Shown piece after piece: positions 1-11,645 of a DNA stretch of 64,000 bases. The DNA comes from Marsupella aquatica (Eukaryota > Plantae > Marchantiophyta). The position numbers and the translations under genes were made by a program. The notes beneath the pieces are model-generated. The model had not been told where the DNA came from. It made no database searches and worked only from the letters and a program-made list of their open reading frames with translations. The stretch is from contig OZ316899.1 of NCBI GenBank assembly GCA_973895155.1, positions 8,988,287 through 9,052,286 of the forward strand, written 5' to 3'. How positions within the stretch are numbered: the stretch's first letter is position 1; the number at the start of each line of letters is the position of its first letter.

Positions 1-759
1 CAATCAGCCTTCTTGGCTGCCCACCTCAGGACTTGTTTTCTGGTGACCCTCTGTGGTGGGCCACAAAGCTCTGTTTTGATGTTGAAGTGTGCAATTTGAG
101 ACCGTCTATGTCTGTGAGGATGATCAACAAGCAGATACCTTCTATGCCCCTGAAATTTCATATTGTGCAGGGCATGCGACCACTCACTTGTCACATTTTT
201 CCCACATGGTGTGCACCCCACGTAACCCTTTGTCACTCGTCTAGATATGATGCCATGGCCTGGGTAATCTGCTATATCCAACAAACAAATTGCATGCAAT
301 TTAAAAGGGCTGGGTCAAAGGAGCCCCTTCAGAACATCATGGGTTAACACCCATTTTATCCACAAAGTCGTCCACTCTTCCATTGCTGGAGCCAGCATGA
401 TATCTATGAATTGCTTGGTCACAGAAGCTGGTCCAAGGAATAGCAACACCATCATCACAAAAAACCTCTTTGTATTCATCCATGGGGGAAGGTTGTAATT
501 TAGCAGCATAACTGGCCAACATGAATAACGGTTGTTTTAGTCTCCAAATGGGTTTACTCCATCCAGTGTTAGACCAAATCAAAAGTTCCGCTTCTCTACA
601 GAAAACTGTGGCCACCTCTCATCAACAAATTCCAATGGGTTGGAATCTCCAATGTGACGTTGGAGGCCATCACTACTCTTGTTATCAGGTGTCCATGTCA
701 TCAGCTTGGAAATGGTAGGGCATCTAAATAGACGTTGTAGTCTAGGAATGAGAGGAAAA
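1..759 (-). pseudogene. CACTA (En/Spm) Tnp2-type transposase fragment, cut at 760 by a second CACTA insertion
   Basis: Minus-strand translation gives FPLIPRLQRLFRC...LMTW, a DGVNPFG-type motif and YNLPPWM..KRFFVMMVLLFLGP, hallmark Transposase_21 motifs; frameshifted. Confidence 0.85.
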
Positions 760-819
760 CACTAGTACATTTTCAGTGTTTTTCCGATGCTCCGGTATCG
801 CGAGCACTCAGAGGGGTAG

Positions 820-1300
820 TCACTGATATCAGTTATCAGTTTGGTCGCCTTGAAATTTCTGAATCTCAGCTGAGCAGCTGAGATAGGGCCTTCGCACTTT
901 CGCGCATCTCAACTGACCTCGCCGAGATCGGCGTAAGGACAAAAAAAATTTCAAAAATTCTCAAACAAAAAAAATCTAAAAAAAAATTCCGACAAAATTC
1001 GGTGTCCGTACCGTACGGACATCGGACTATCTCGGCAGGTCTCGCCGAGAAGTGGTGTCCGTACGGTACGGACACCCATAGTGAAAATAATATTTTGGGG
1101 GAATTTTATTTTTTTTGGAGAATTTTTGGAAAAAAAATTAATTTTGTTTTTCATTTTTTTTGGCCTTACGCCAATCTCGGCGAGGTCAGCTGAGATGCGC
1201 AAAAGTTTTTTTTTCACATTTTCTTCGGCGCCCCAACTTGGCGGCCTCTCTAAGATGACGTGGCGACTGATATCAGGTCGACTAATGGAAAACACTGATA
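820..1300. repeat. Nested inverted repeats and palindromes in the CACTA subterminal region
   Basis: gcgcatctcaactgacctcgccgagatcggcgtaagg (~902-938) is inverted at ~1163-1200; GGTGTCCGTACCGTACGGACA (~1001) and GGTGTCCGTACGGTACGGACACC (~1054) are palindromic; A-tracts mirror T-tracts. Confidence 0.85.
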
Positions 1301-1305
1301 ATTGA

Positions 1306-2431
1306 TGATGTAGCTTTACTCGCACTCAGACGTATATTTTTAAACTTTTTGACTTTACTTGAAGCTTCCCCAAGTCAATCGGTTACCCCTTAATACATTA
1401 TAAGCCTCAAAGGATCATCTTGGAGAAAGTTGAGGAGTTTGGATTTTTTCCGGAACAATCGCTTTCGAAGCTATCCGAAAGAAATTGCTCTGAAAGCTGC
1501 AAAATCGGTTTAGACTTTCGACTGGAACTTTGACAAATGATTACGGATCGGCCCAATGTTGGTTTGAGGAGATTTTTAGTGCGTTGGAAAGTTATTTCCA
1601 AGGGCTACAATGAAAATTTTAGTTTGGACCCAAAAGACCAACTTCAAAATATCCCAAACCAATTCTCCGAGGTTTTTTGGCATATGTTACTTAAACCGTT
1701 TTCTATCTCTTTTGCACCTCTTGAGCTTTTCCATTAGATAGAATAAGATATAGAGAGAATTAGATTAGGACACTCTTAGGAGTTAGATTTAGAGAGTCTT
1801 AGTTTGATCTCACCTTTTAGGACTTTAAGTTTAGATAAGAAAAGGTTTGTAGACTTTTAAACCTTTTGGCATCTCAAGCCTTTTGAGGGAGCCTACAATT
1901 GGACTCCCAAGACCATTTTTAATTTTATTTTCCTTTGAATATTAATCTCTGACCATTTTGGGTCTTTCTCTCATGCCAATCTTGGGCTTAGGAGAGAAGA
2001 TTAAACCAGAAGGGATTGTACCACACCTATGCATTGAAATCATATCATTTACCTCAATTTCATGGATGAATGTCATAAGAAACATGGATTTGTAAGAGAA
2101 AACTTTGATATCTAGGGAAAGGAGAATTATAGTGAGTCATTGGACCTAAAGTCAATCTCTATTTGAGTATATGGAAGTCTATGATGAGTGAAAATCAGAT
2201 TACCTATTGATAAGAAGTTAAACTCTGTGAATTTATTGATCTAAGAGTTTATTGGAGAATTGTTTTGGGATTCTGGAAGAAGAACCAGTAAAGAAATCGC
2301 TATAGGATTTTGAACACCACAAAACCGGAGTAAAACGCTTTACTTATTCCTTACGGGACCGAATCTTGGTTGTTTTGAGCAAGATCTTACATAGTAGATG
2401 TTGTTCTACTTACCACACAAGTTATACAACA
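1306..2431. mobile_element. Probable solo LTR or LTR-derived segment
   Basis: TGATGTA...TACAACA ends, no coding capacity, and contains the GTGCGTTGGAAAG-N9-AGGGCTAC motif also seen in another LTR in this window. No clean TSD. Confidence 0.45.
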
Positions 2432-2439
2432 TAAATGTA

Positions 2440-5400
2440 GTGAGTTGAAGGCGCTCAGCTGAGCCCAAAAGTTGTTCTCCCTTTGCCCCTGTGAGACGGT
2501 CATATATCCTCAAAGTTTGCTTCTCTTGATGCCTCGTCCAGCCACCCCCTTGGTGCATTGGGATCAAGTGTAGCTACAATGTTTGTACAATAAAACATGC
2601 TCTTTGCTCAAAGATGACGCTCAGCGATGCTACCTTCCACTCTCGCACGATTTGACACATATGACTTCATCACTCCCATATACCGCTCTACCTAGTACAT
2701 CCAACGACAATGTACCGGCCCTGCAATGCCAACCTCATGCACTAGGTGTAGGAGGAAGTGAACTTGGCCGTCAAAGAATGAAGGAGGGAGTGCCCTCTCC
2801 AACTTGCACAATACCTCCACTCCAAACAGGTCCATAGCTGCAATCTCAACCTCATTCACCTCTTTTTGACACACCCACCTCAAGAGCTTACCTAATGACC
2901 ACAGGGCATCACGAAGATCCTCACTACCCAATCCAATGATGGCAACTAGAATGACATGTTGTAGTAGACGATGGTAATCATGGGTCTTCAAGAAAGCTGG
3001 CCAACGTGGACAATCTGGTCCCCCGAATGCCTTGCGTAGATTGGCCCTGTAGCCGGTAGTAAACCTCATTGACCCTATACAATTGCGGAACTCAGTCCGC
3101 TTGCCTGTGGTCAATACCCAAGGAGGGTGAATAGTAAGGGGGCATTAGGGGGATCCATAGATGGCCAAAAACCATGAGAACCATGCATCCCCATCTCCTC
3201 ACAACTCTCTCTCCAGTTGTTGTCTTTCTCTCCGTATAGATGGCAAATCAATGACCTCCCAACGTTCCCCTCAATGTGCATAGGGTCAAACAAATGGTTC
3301 ATTGGCATCTCAACCCAATATTGCAGCTTTGACATTAATGCAGACAAACGAGTCATGCCACACCGGGCCAATGGTAAGGGATCATCTGGGTTTGTCACTC
3401 TATCCCATACCTCCTTCCAATAGCGTGGATCCCTTGGCACTGGTTGAGGGCGTGTGTCTAGCTGGTTGGCCATCATCCGTGTCATATAAGAATGGGTCAC
3501 TCCTCCATTCATGCTCTGGGGGGAGATACTTTGTGTGACCAATGTAAACTATCTTCCGTAGGGTGGTAGACTTTGGGCGTGCCACTCCCTCCAAATTGGG
3601 ACCACAAGTTGGGCAGGCTCAGTATCCTGATATCTGCAACCCAGAGATATAATTATCCAAACCCTACAACACACACAATCAATACATTAAACAATAGCCA
3701 GGCAAACTTTTATATATGACATTTTCCTATAGTGCAATATCTACCATAATAAACCATGCTTAATATGGGGGAAGGTATATTTTAGCATACCAAGAAGATC
3801 ATGTATGGTCCACATAACGATGGATTTAAATTTAAATTCATGAGGTAAACCACCAGTAAGCACTTGACCATCATAGCAATCCACTCCCCTCCATAGTTGT
3901 TGAAGCTCCTCCAACAATGGTTGCAAGTAAACATCAATCTTTTTTACTTGCTTGGGGCCTGGGATAATCATTGAGAGCAACAAATGACCTTTCTTCATGG
4001 CCATCCATGGAGGGATGTTGTAATTTGTAGGACTACTGGCCAAACTAAGTATGGTTGGGCCTTCCCAGCCAATGCAAAGGGGCTGATCCCATCCAATGCC
4101 AAACCTAGTCGTACATGACATGGGTCTGTCTTGAAGTCACCCCATCGGTCCTCCACAAACCTATTTGCAGGTGATTCCACCATCGTACGCATGGTCGGCG
4201 GATCTGAACTCATATCTGACCGGTTCTTGGAATGCCACACCATATACTCAGCCAACTCTGCACATCGGTATTGGTGCCGTAATTTGGGGATACGAGGAAA
4301 ATACCTCATGACCTTCTATGCTACTTTTCCAGTCAGCATGTCCTCTCGATACCTTGGTTGGTTACATGTAGGACATGTAGTGGCATCTTTGTGTTCCCCC
4401 CTGAACAAAATACAATCATTCACACAAGCATGTATGACTTTGTATTTGAGGCCTATGGATTTCAACACCTTTTTTGCCGCTTTCCATGAACTAGGCAAGC
4501 AATTCCCTTCAAGCAAAATACAACTATGCAAGGTCCTAAAGAGATCATCAAGAAGGAGATTGCTGCTCCATGTCTTTGGTGCAAGTTCAACAATAACATT
4601 ATTCCTGAGAGCCGAGATAGTTGTGACCCCTCAAAAATCCTTGTTTGCACATGGTCATCATCCATGGCCCTCTCCTCATCAAGTCTATCTTCAGTGACAT
4701 TAGACACATGCTCAGGAGGGATATCTTCATTCTCTGATGCTTGAGCCCTACGCCAATCACCCATGGCCTCAACAAGGTGTTGCCGCATTGCTCGTGATAA
4801 TACCCCCATATCTGGCTGCATGATTGAACATATGCATTCTAACATTTCACAAACATACATATTATATTAGAAGGGCCACAATGAGACAAGTGTTTAAAGG
4901 TATAGGCTTTTTGTTTCCCCGTAAAATTACAATTCTCTTTCAAACCTTGATCAAAGATTGACTTATACAACTAACCAATTTAGTTTGAAAACCAGTATCA
5001 TGTATTTTATGTTAAACAAGAAGGTGGTATATATACATATATGTCTACCCTACACGGGGAAAGATAGCAATGCTTTCTTGGGCCTATCCCACTCATACTC
5101 ACAAAACAACTCCTGGGGTTGTAATGGCTACAGTCATGACATGATCATCCATTAATATGTCTTACCTAGTAAGGCTCTCTAGGTGGACCAAATATCTGAA
5201 TCCACTCTAAACTAGGCCTAAGTCTTGTCCCTCTACCATGAGTACTATTGATGTACCCAGCTATATTATCGGAGCAAACAGGGTTGCCATCAATCATCCA
5301 AGAATGCCAAGGCCTCCGTATGATCTCATCTGGATCAGAATCCATTTGCAATGCATAGTCACCCCACGATGGGTGTTGGCGCAATAGAATGTTCCAACCT

Positions 5401-6309
5401 TTTGAAGTATACACGGGACCAATGTATGGAAATAGGTGCTCCCCATCATAACCTTGGGGCCACGGCTTGGACGGGACCACAGTGTCCTCCAAGGCAAACA
5501 CCCCAAATCCTATGTCAGGGCCAAGGGAAGACGCCTTCACTATCCATTGGTGACCCCATATGTGGATAGGGGTATCAGTGGTTAGGCCAAGGGGTATTTG
5601 GAATCTCTCAGACAATAAATCTTTCAACACTGTCAATGCCTAAGTCCCGGTGACATATGACAACCCCAACCTCCCTTCCACTTCCACATAGTCCTCTCCT
5701 GGTGGCACTCTAAGAGTACGGTCTAGAACTTGCTCATCGGTCTCATGAGTGCCCGACAAGGGTTCATAATGGCGACGCTGTCTCTGCTAACGTGCTCGGG
5801 TGCGTCCAACCCTGGATGGAACTGCTACGTTCTCTGTCTGAACACCGGGGGGGGCTAGATGGAGAGGGAGCTGATGATGATGCAAGCAACTCTCTTGCAC
5901 CAGCCAAAAGTGTATTTACCCATAAGTCATTAGAGACCAATGGAGGAGGGGTCCTACGAGGCACCTATTCAATCACAAAAAAACCAACAATTAATAAATG
6001 TATGGGTGCAATGTGGCAAATTGTACATGTATGTCTCCAAGAGCAATTAATTGTGCATACCTCGCAAGTACAATATCCCGGTAAATTGCCCTCGTGTTTG
6101 CCATAGTTCTCAATATGCTCAATGGCTTCCCAGGCTTGATGAACCACCATGCCTTTACATCGGACACACCAACATGGAATAGGGCCTAGAGGAGGAGGAC
6201 ATTGAAGCCTTGGAGGGGGGGGGGGAGGAATATCCCCCTCAGAAGATGAAGAGGTTGAGTCAGAATCCAACTTTGAACTCTCGGAAGAAGACATCTGTCC
6301 ATCACCCAT
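2440..6309 (-). pseudogene. Spliced CACTA transposase (transposase-associated N-terminus, Transposase_21, DUF4218-like), with stops and frameshifts
   Basis: Exon 1 IPCWCVRCKG...IEHIENYG; IHACVNDCILFRGEHKDATTCPTC; VRLGLALDGISPF; YNIPPWMAMKKGHLLLSMIIPGPKQ; DPMHIEGNV; LKTHDYH; LVHEVGIAGPVHCRWMY. GT..AG introns at 6060-5965 and ~3790-3660. Confidence 0.92.
5050..5964 (-). pseudogene. SET-domain (lysine methyltransferase-like) exon inside the CACTA transposase gene
   Basis: SET motifs in order: VKASSLGPDIGFGVFALED, FPYIGPVY, YALQMD, IDG..NIAGYINS, then after frameshifts HVMTVA..QELFCEYEW. In-frame AG acceptor at 5965-5966; stop at 5050-5052. Confidence 0.75.
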
Positions 6310-6897
6310 ACAAAAGTAACCTTTTATGTGCCATTGTGGGAATTAAATATGTAAGGCCAATGCAATAAATATGAAGGCAAAAAAAACATAGAGATGTTTT
6401 CATATCAATAATACCCGAATGAGACCCGCGCTTTGTAGTGCCAACTAGGATCTTGGCCTTAGACTATATTCTAAGACAAATCTGAAATTGCTGCACAAGT
6501 ACACTTGAGCTTAGTTGGGGTACACCAATATTAATAATTCATTGTAATTATAGCTAATGCTTCATAGTAAATATAGCTCACATTGTAGAGGTGGTAATAC
6601 CTTTCAGATGTGTGGTGATACCTTTCTGATGAACCAATGTAGTGTCATCCAAAGAAAGACCAGCTTCATTTACCATGTTCTCTATATCGGAAGAGCCTTA
6701 GGATAGTACTTTGGAGGAGGGGTCCGATGTTGATCCGATACAATGTCCGATACAATTTTAATGGGAATTTCCGATCTAAATAGAATCAGATGAGTAGTTG
6801 GAAGCATTTTTAGGGCACCACCTAAGTGCAAACGCACTTGAGTTGGGCTTTGCATCAAAAAACAGTTGGGAGTTCATGTCTTTGTGAAAAACAAGTG

Positions 6898-8026
6898 CAT
6901 GGCGCGCGGCAGCAAAGAGCAAATGGCTATGGAGGGGACCAATGGAGGGGCCGGGGGAGGGGCAGGAGCAGGGACATGAACAGAATTTGAAGGAACAGCT
7001 GGAGGGCAAGGAGATGGTGGAGATGGAAGGTCAGGAGCCGGACGAGGTGGGGCTGAAGGAGCTGCAGGGGATGGAGCAGGGCCATCAGAAGACTTTGGGG
7101 AGACCATGGCTGCAATTTTCCATAAGCAGGTAGGGCTCTCCATAGAGCATGCGCTAAAGGTGGCTGCATTGACACAAGGATTGCTAGACTCTTCTAGGAG
7201 CAATTTGCTTACTGAAGCTCAGAAAGCATTTGAGGAGAGGTAGCATACTAGGGAGAAAGAGAAGAAGACAAAGAGAAGAGAGGAGAAGGAACTATACCCG
7301 TCGAGGCCCTCTCACCATGACAGAGAGAGAGAAGGCCCTACGTAGAGAGGCACAAGCTGCAGACAGGAAAAAAGCCAAGGAGGAGAAGCTGCAAGCAGAG
7401 GAGAGAAGCAAGAGGCCAAAAATTTATCTGAATGAGGGAGGAGCTCCGAGGGCCCAGAGCTATAATATTTTCAGGAGTCAGCTTGGGCAAGTACTTAGAT
7501 CCTATTTTGGAGCGTTAGATTACTGGGGGAAGAAAAAGGAAGAAGAGAAGTTCAGAGTTTGTGAGCAGGTGAAGGAACATTTTTGCAATGGCTCATTTGT
7601 TGATGACAGGTTCTTAAACAGGAAAAGCAGTCTATCCCTTGCAGACAGAAGGAATCACATCAGGGAGAAGCTGAGGAAGTACCTTGGTGAGTGCAAGGAC
7701 AGTGAGGAGATGATCAGGCAAAAAGGGTACCCAAATGATATTCATGTGGAGGTATGGGCAGCTTGGATTGAGACCAAGCTGCAGGTTTGAGCTTGGCAGG
7801 CAAGGAGATACTAGCAAGCTGAGCTAGAAGTCCTTGCAATGAGGGCCCAAGCAGGGGAGACTATTGACACCCACCATGCTGATCAAAACCTGCAACATAT
7901 GCAAAGTCAATTCAGCTTGGGGACCCTCCCTCACATATGCAAAAGGCATTGATTTGAGTTGAGAATAGGCCAGTAGTCACTCAAAAAATGGGGCAGGGCG
8001 GGTCGCTGCGTCTCAAGGCAGAATTT
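6898..8026 (+). pseudogene. CACTA TnpA/ORF2-like gene, first exon, divergent from the transposase
   Basis: Gly-rich N-terminus, then FRSQLGQVLRSYF..WGKKKEEEK..., GYPNDIHVEVWAAWIE, and MGQGG..RLKAEF followed by a GTAAGT donor; resembles Transposase_24/TnpA proteins. Confidence 0.6.
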
Positions 8027-8035
8027 GTAAGTAGA

Positions 8036-10450
8036 TGTGACACGGGTAATGTGTCACTTAACAGAACGCAAGTCCTAGATTAGGACTTATACGGTCATTA
8101 GGACCATAGCCATAGCGTAGAGTAGTACAAATAGCCGTCTTTGCCATTATGAATAGATTAGGAGTAGGTTAGTTACAAATTAAGGGAATGAAATTATTAC
8201 AATCAGCCAAGGTACGGTGGTGGCGGCAGAGTAAAAATCCGTTAGGAGATCACGCTTGGACCAAGACACCCAACTTCGAGCCATTATCAACAACTAAACG
8301 GCCTCGCCTTCTCATGCTCGAGCTCACCCTGGCACCTCCATAAGAGCTGAGTTGATGGCGCCACGGCCCATTTGCTCATTCATACCTTTTGGAATTTGCG
8401 GACGCTGCCACTCACTCTCGCATTTTGCTTGAATTGAGCTAACTTTTATGAGGAAATTATCGAAGGTCAAGAGCAGATTGTGGCGAGATTTAGTCAAGGC
8501 GAGGAAGGCCTCCCCCAGCAAGCGAAACTGCTGGGAGGGGACGTGGACTTGACAAACCAGACCGCAAGGGTTAGTATGACCCTTACAACTTTGGGATTTT
8601 GGACCTTGTTTGGCGAGGTAAGTGCTAAGTTCTCCGAGACTTACTGGTACTCTTGCCCCAAGAAAGCCGCCTCCGAATGAAGATACGCAAAATTGGTGGC
8701 CAAGGTAGCACAGGTTAATTGTGAAAAGACAACCATCACCAGGGATTCTAGCTACAACAAGCCGTGGGACTACATCACCGAGCTATATATCAGCAAGGAG
8801 GGACTTAGATCGGTAGTAGAGGCAATTTTTGAAGTCTCTGCAAAGTTCTTTAGGCTGAAGGGCAGCTAGAGGCTGACTCAAGTAGAGTTTGACAAGATCT
8901 CGAGTTACATCAACTAGCAGATTGCAGCCAAGAAGCGCGAAGAAGACATCAGCAGACAATAGGAAGCGGCGTACAATCTCACGTTTCTCGGGGAAAGCTC
9001 CAACACCTTTGACTGGGATATGGCTACTCCAACGGCACCCCCGACCACTCAGCCTACGACTACCGGTGTACCGCCAAACCAAACCTAGGTCCGGCCGGTG
9101 AACAACACCAAGTGCTCTTCAGGTTCCGATGGACGAGTTAGTCCGCAACTCAAGCAGCGTTCTTGGAAGCAGGCAAGGAAAACGCCGGCCCCCGAGCCAA
9201 CTGCGCGGACCAACGCCCCTACACCTGCCCCGGCCAACCCGCCGACCAACCAGTCCCGACGGCCCTCGGATAGTCAACAACCCAACTTATTATAGGTAAT
9301 CCGTGTCCCCAAGGTAGTCTGGACAGCGATCAAGAAACCCAACCATGCGGACTATCTCCAGGAACATCAGTTGGAGCAGTTTGCTCACTTGCTATGGAGA
9401 CCTAGCGCAGCCGGGCCAAAGGAGGTTTATGAGTTCATCTCCAATTTTGACATTGATGCGGCAACCACCAAGGTTTCAGGGTAGACCTTATCACTTATGG
9501 AGTATCGGTTGGCACATATCTTTTGTCTGCCAACCGGGCTGGTGTTGGTTGAACTCCAAATTTGGGATAAGGAGTATACACCCCGGCACTTCAAACCCGA
9601 GGGTAAGACAGACAACGGGTACAAGCAGGGGTCATGCACCAATAGTCTGTATGGAGCGGCTTAACTTCATGCGGACTACCCTACACATGATTGAGCCACG
9701 ATCCGAGATCTCCCTCTATACGATCGTACAGGTGGAACAATACAAACGGCGGAACTGGGCCCAATTCTTTTGCCGTAGGTTCTCAAGGGAGCTTAGGCGG
9801 GCTCAAGGAGGTATGTGTATTGGGGGAAGGACCTACCTAGGAAGTCACATCGCCATCATCCTCGCCTGGTACAAGGCGCGGCGGGAGGCTAGGGGAAAGA
9901 ATATGGCCACCTCAGCCCCGACTAGTGTCACCCCCGCTCCGAAGGAGGCTACCCCGAGTGAGCGGACTACCACGCCTCGGGCAAACTCCAAGCCCGTGGC
10001 CCCGACTAATACTCCGCCACCTCCTCCCGTTGAAATTCTGCCGCCCCCTTCTGTCGAGCCTCCACTACCCCCAGTACAACCACCCCCAATCCCTCCACCA
10101 CCTGAAGAAACCTTCCCCTCCCCATTGCAGACTACGGAGGAGCTTGCCGCCCCGCCCGAGGAACCACCGGTGCCCAAGAGGATGGAGAACTACCAAGTAG
10201 CCCCGGGGACCATGGCCTACGACCTGGTCCAAAAGTTTAGCCAGACTTTGTCAGGGGAGCTGGCGACGTACATTGGGCAACAGGTCACGGCGTACTTCAA
10301 ACCAGTCTTCTTCATGTTAGAGCACCAACCACGGATCGTAAGCCGCTTGGAGGAGGAACTCATGGCAAAGGGGAATGAGATTGGGCGCCTCCAAATGCTA
10401 GTACAACACCTTGAAGAGGAGGCCACCACCCGCCATGAAGAGTTAGTCCG
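8036..10450 (+). mobile_element. Probable LTR-retroelement fragment with a decayed accessory ORF (~9020-10450)
   Basis: Begins TGTGACAC inside the TnpA intron. Frameshifted ORF contains EVYEFISNF..KVSG..LAHIFCLPTG..NWAQFF, a Pro-rich linker and a coiled coil, like plant retroelement extra ORFs. Confidence 0.45.
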
Positions 10451-11645
10451 CCATCATGATCCTTGGGTGTATCATCCAGCATCAGATTGTCCCCTGGATG
10501 CAGCAAAAAGTCTCCTGGGTCCAACTCCTTATTGCCCAGAATGGTGTACTATACCCAACAAATCGAGATGAAATGCATGGTCTCTGCAAAGTGCTCAATC
10601 AATCTAGGGTAGTCACTAAAGTGCTCTCCGACCTGTTTCCAGGTATTGGCAAGCAAGTATTCTGTCTTTGAGGTACAGAACTTGTCTATCACACCTCCAC
10701 GACAAAAAAACCACGAACAGTCTTGTCTTCTTCACCTAGCGGAAGAAAACAACAGTGGACATCCTTGAATATCTTACGCACCATAGTTGAAGACTTTCAA
10801 TCTCACAATGCAAATTCTGTGCACTATCAAGGAGTGGACGTTGTCGTGCCGAAAGATTTTGGCTCAGGAATGGCTTTTATAGGGGATGATGGGCGAGGCC
10901 TCCCGGTTGGGTTGTGTGCATGCTGACTCAGAGGGGCTGCTTGGTTGGATGGATTGAGGTTTGGTGATTGGGTGAGTCACTAGGCTTGGAGTTTGGATGA
11001 GCCTCGCTGATGGCAGCTGGCTCAGGTTGGATGGTTGGGTTTCTGATGCTACTTAAGACTTGAGCCTCGGCTCATTGAGGTTGGCGGTTGTCTATTGAGA
11101 TCTGTTGAGTTGCGTTCTGTGAGTTCCACTCCGTTCTACGGAACTCAACTGTTCTACGGCGGTTTTGGAGTTCTGGGCAAGTGTTGGATATAGGTGTGGA
11201 GTTTTTGATCCAGGCGGGGATTTCTCAAGTTTGGAGCCTCGTCGATCCAGACAGGGATTTCTTGAGTTTGGAGCCTCGTTGGTCCAAGCCCGAGTTCCGT
11301 GTGAGCTGTTTTAGACTAGTGGAGTAGCTAGTCGAGTTTTGGTTTTGTGAGCTAAGGAGGATAGTTTTTCCATCAGATTTTGAGTAGTTCTACTTGACAA
11401 GTTAGAGGTAGCGGCCCGCCGTAGGGCCAGCTACCAGACTCTTGCGGGCAAGCTTACTCAAGGGCACCTATTGTAACCTTTGTGAGAAAAGTAAAAAATA
11501 TAAAGGAGTGAGAGTTTGCTCCAAAAAGTGCTTGTCGCCTGTCCCAATTGCAGCAAGAAATGCACAGTTTGCCCGAGGAGCCCCTAACTTTAAGTTCTCG
11601 CGACATTGGCGACCATACTGGGGAATCCTTGGGGCAATTGGATGA

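Larger units (their letters stand above)
760..8035. mobile_element. CACTA element, left terminus present and right terminus not found; carries transposase+SET and TnpA-like genes
   Basis: CACTAGTACATTTTCAGTGTTTTTCCGATGCTC starts at 760 and interrupts another transposase; followed by subterminal inverted repeats and CACTA genes. The right boundary is where an LTR-like sequence begins. Confidence 0.75.
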
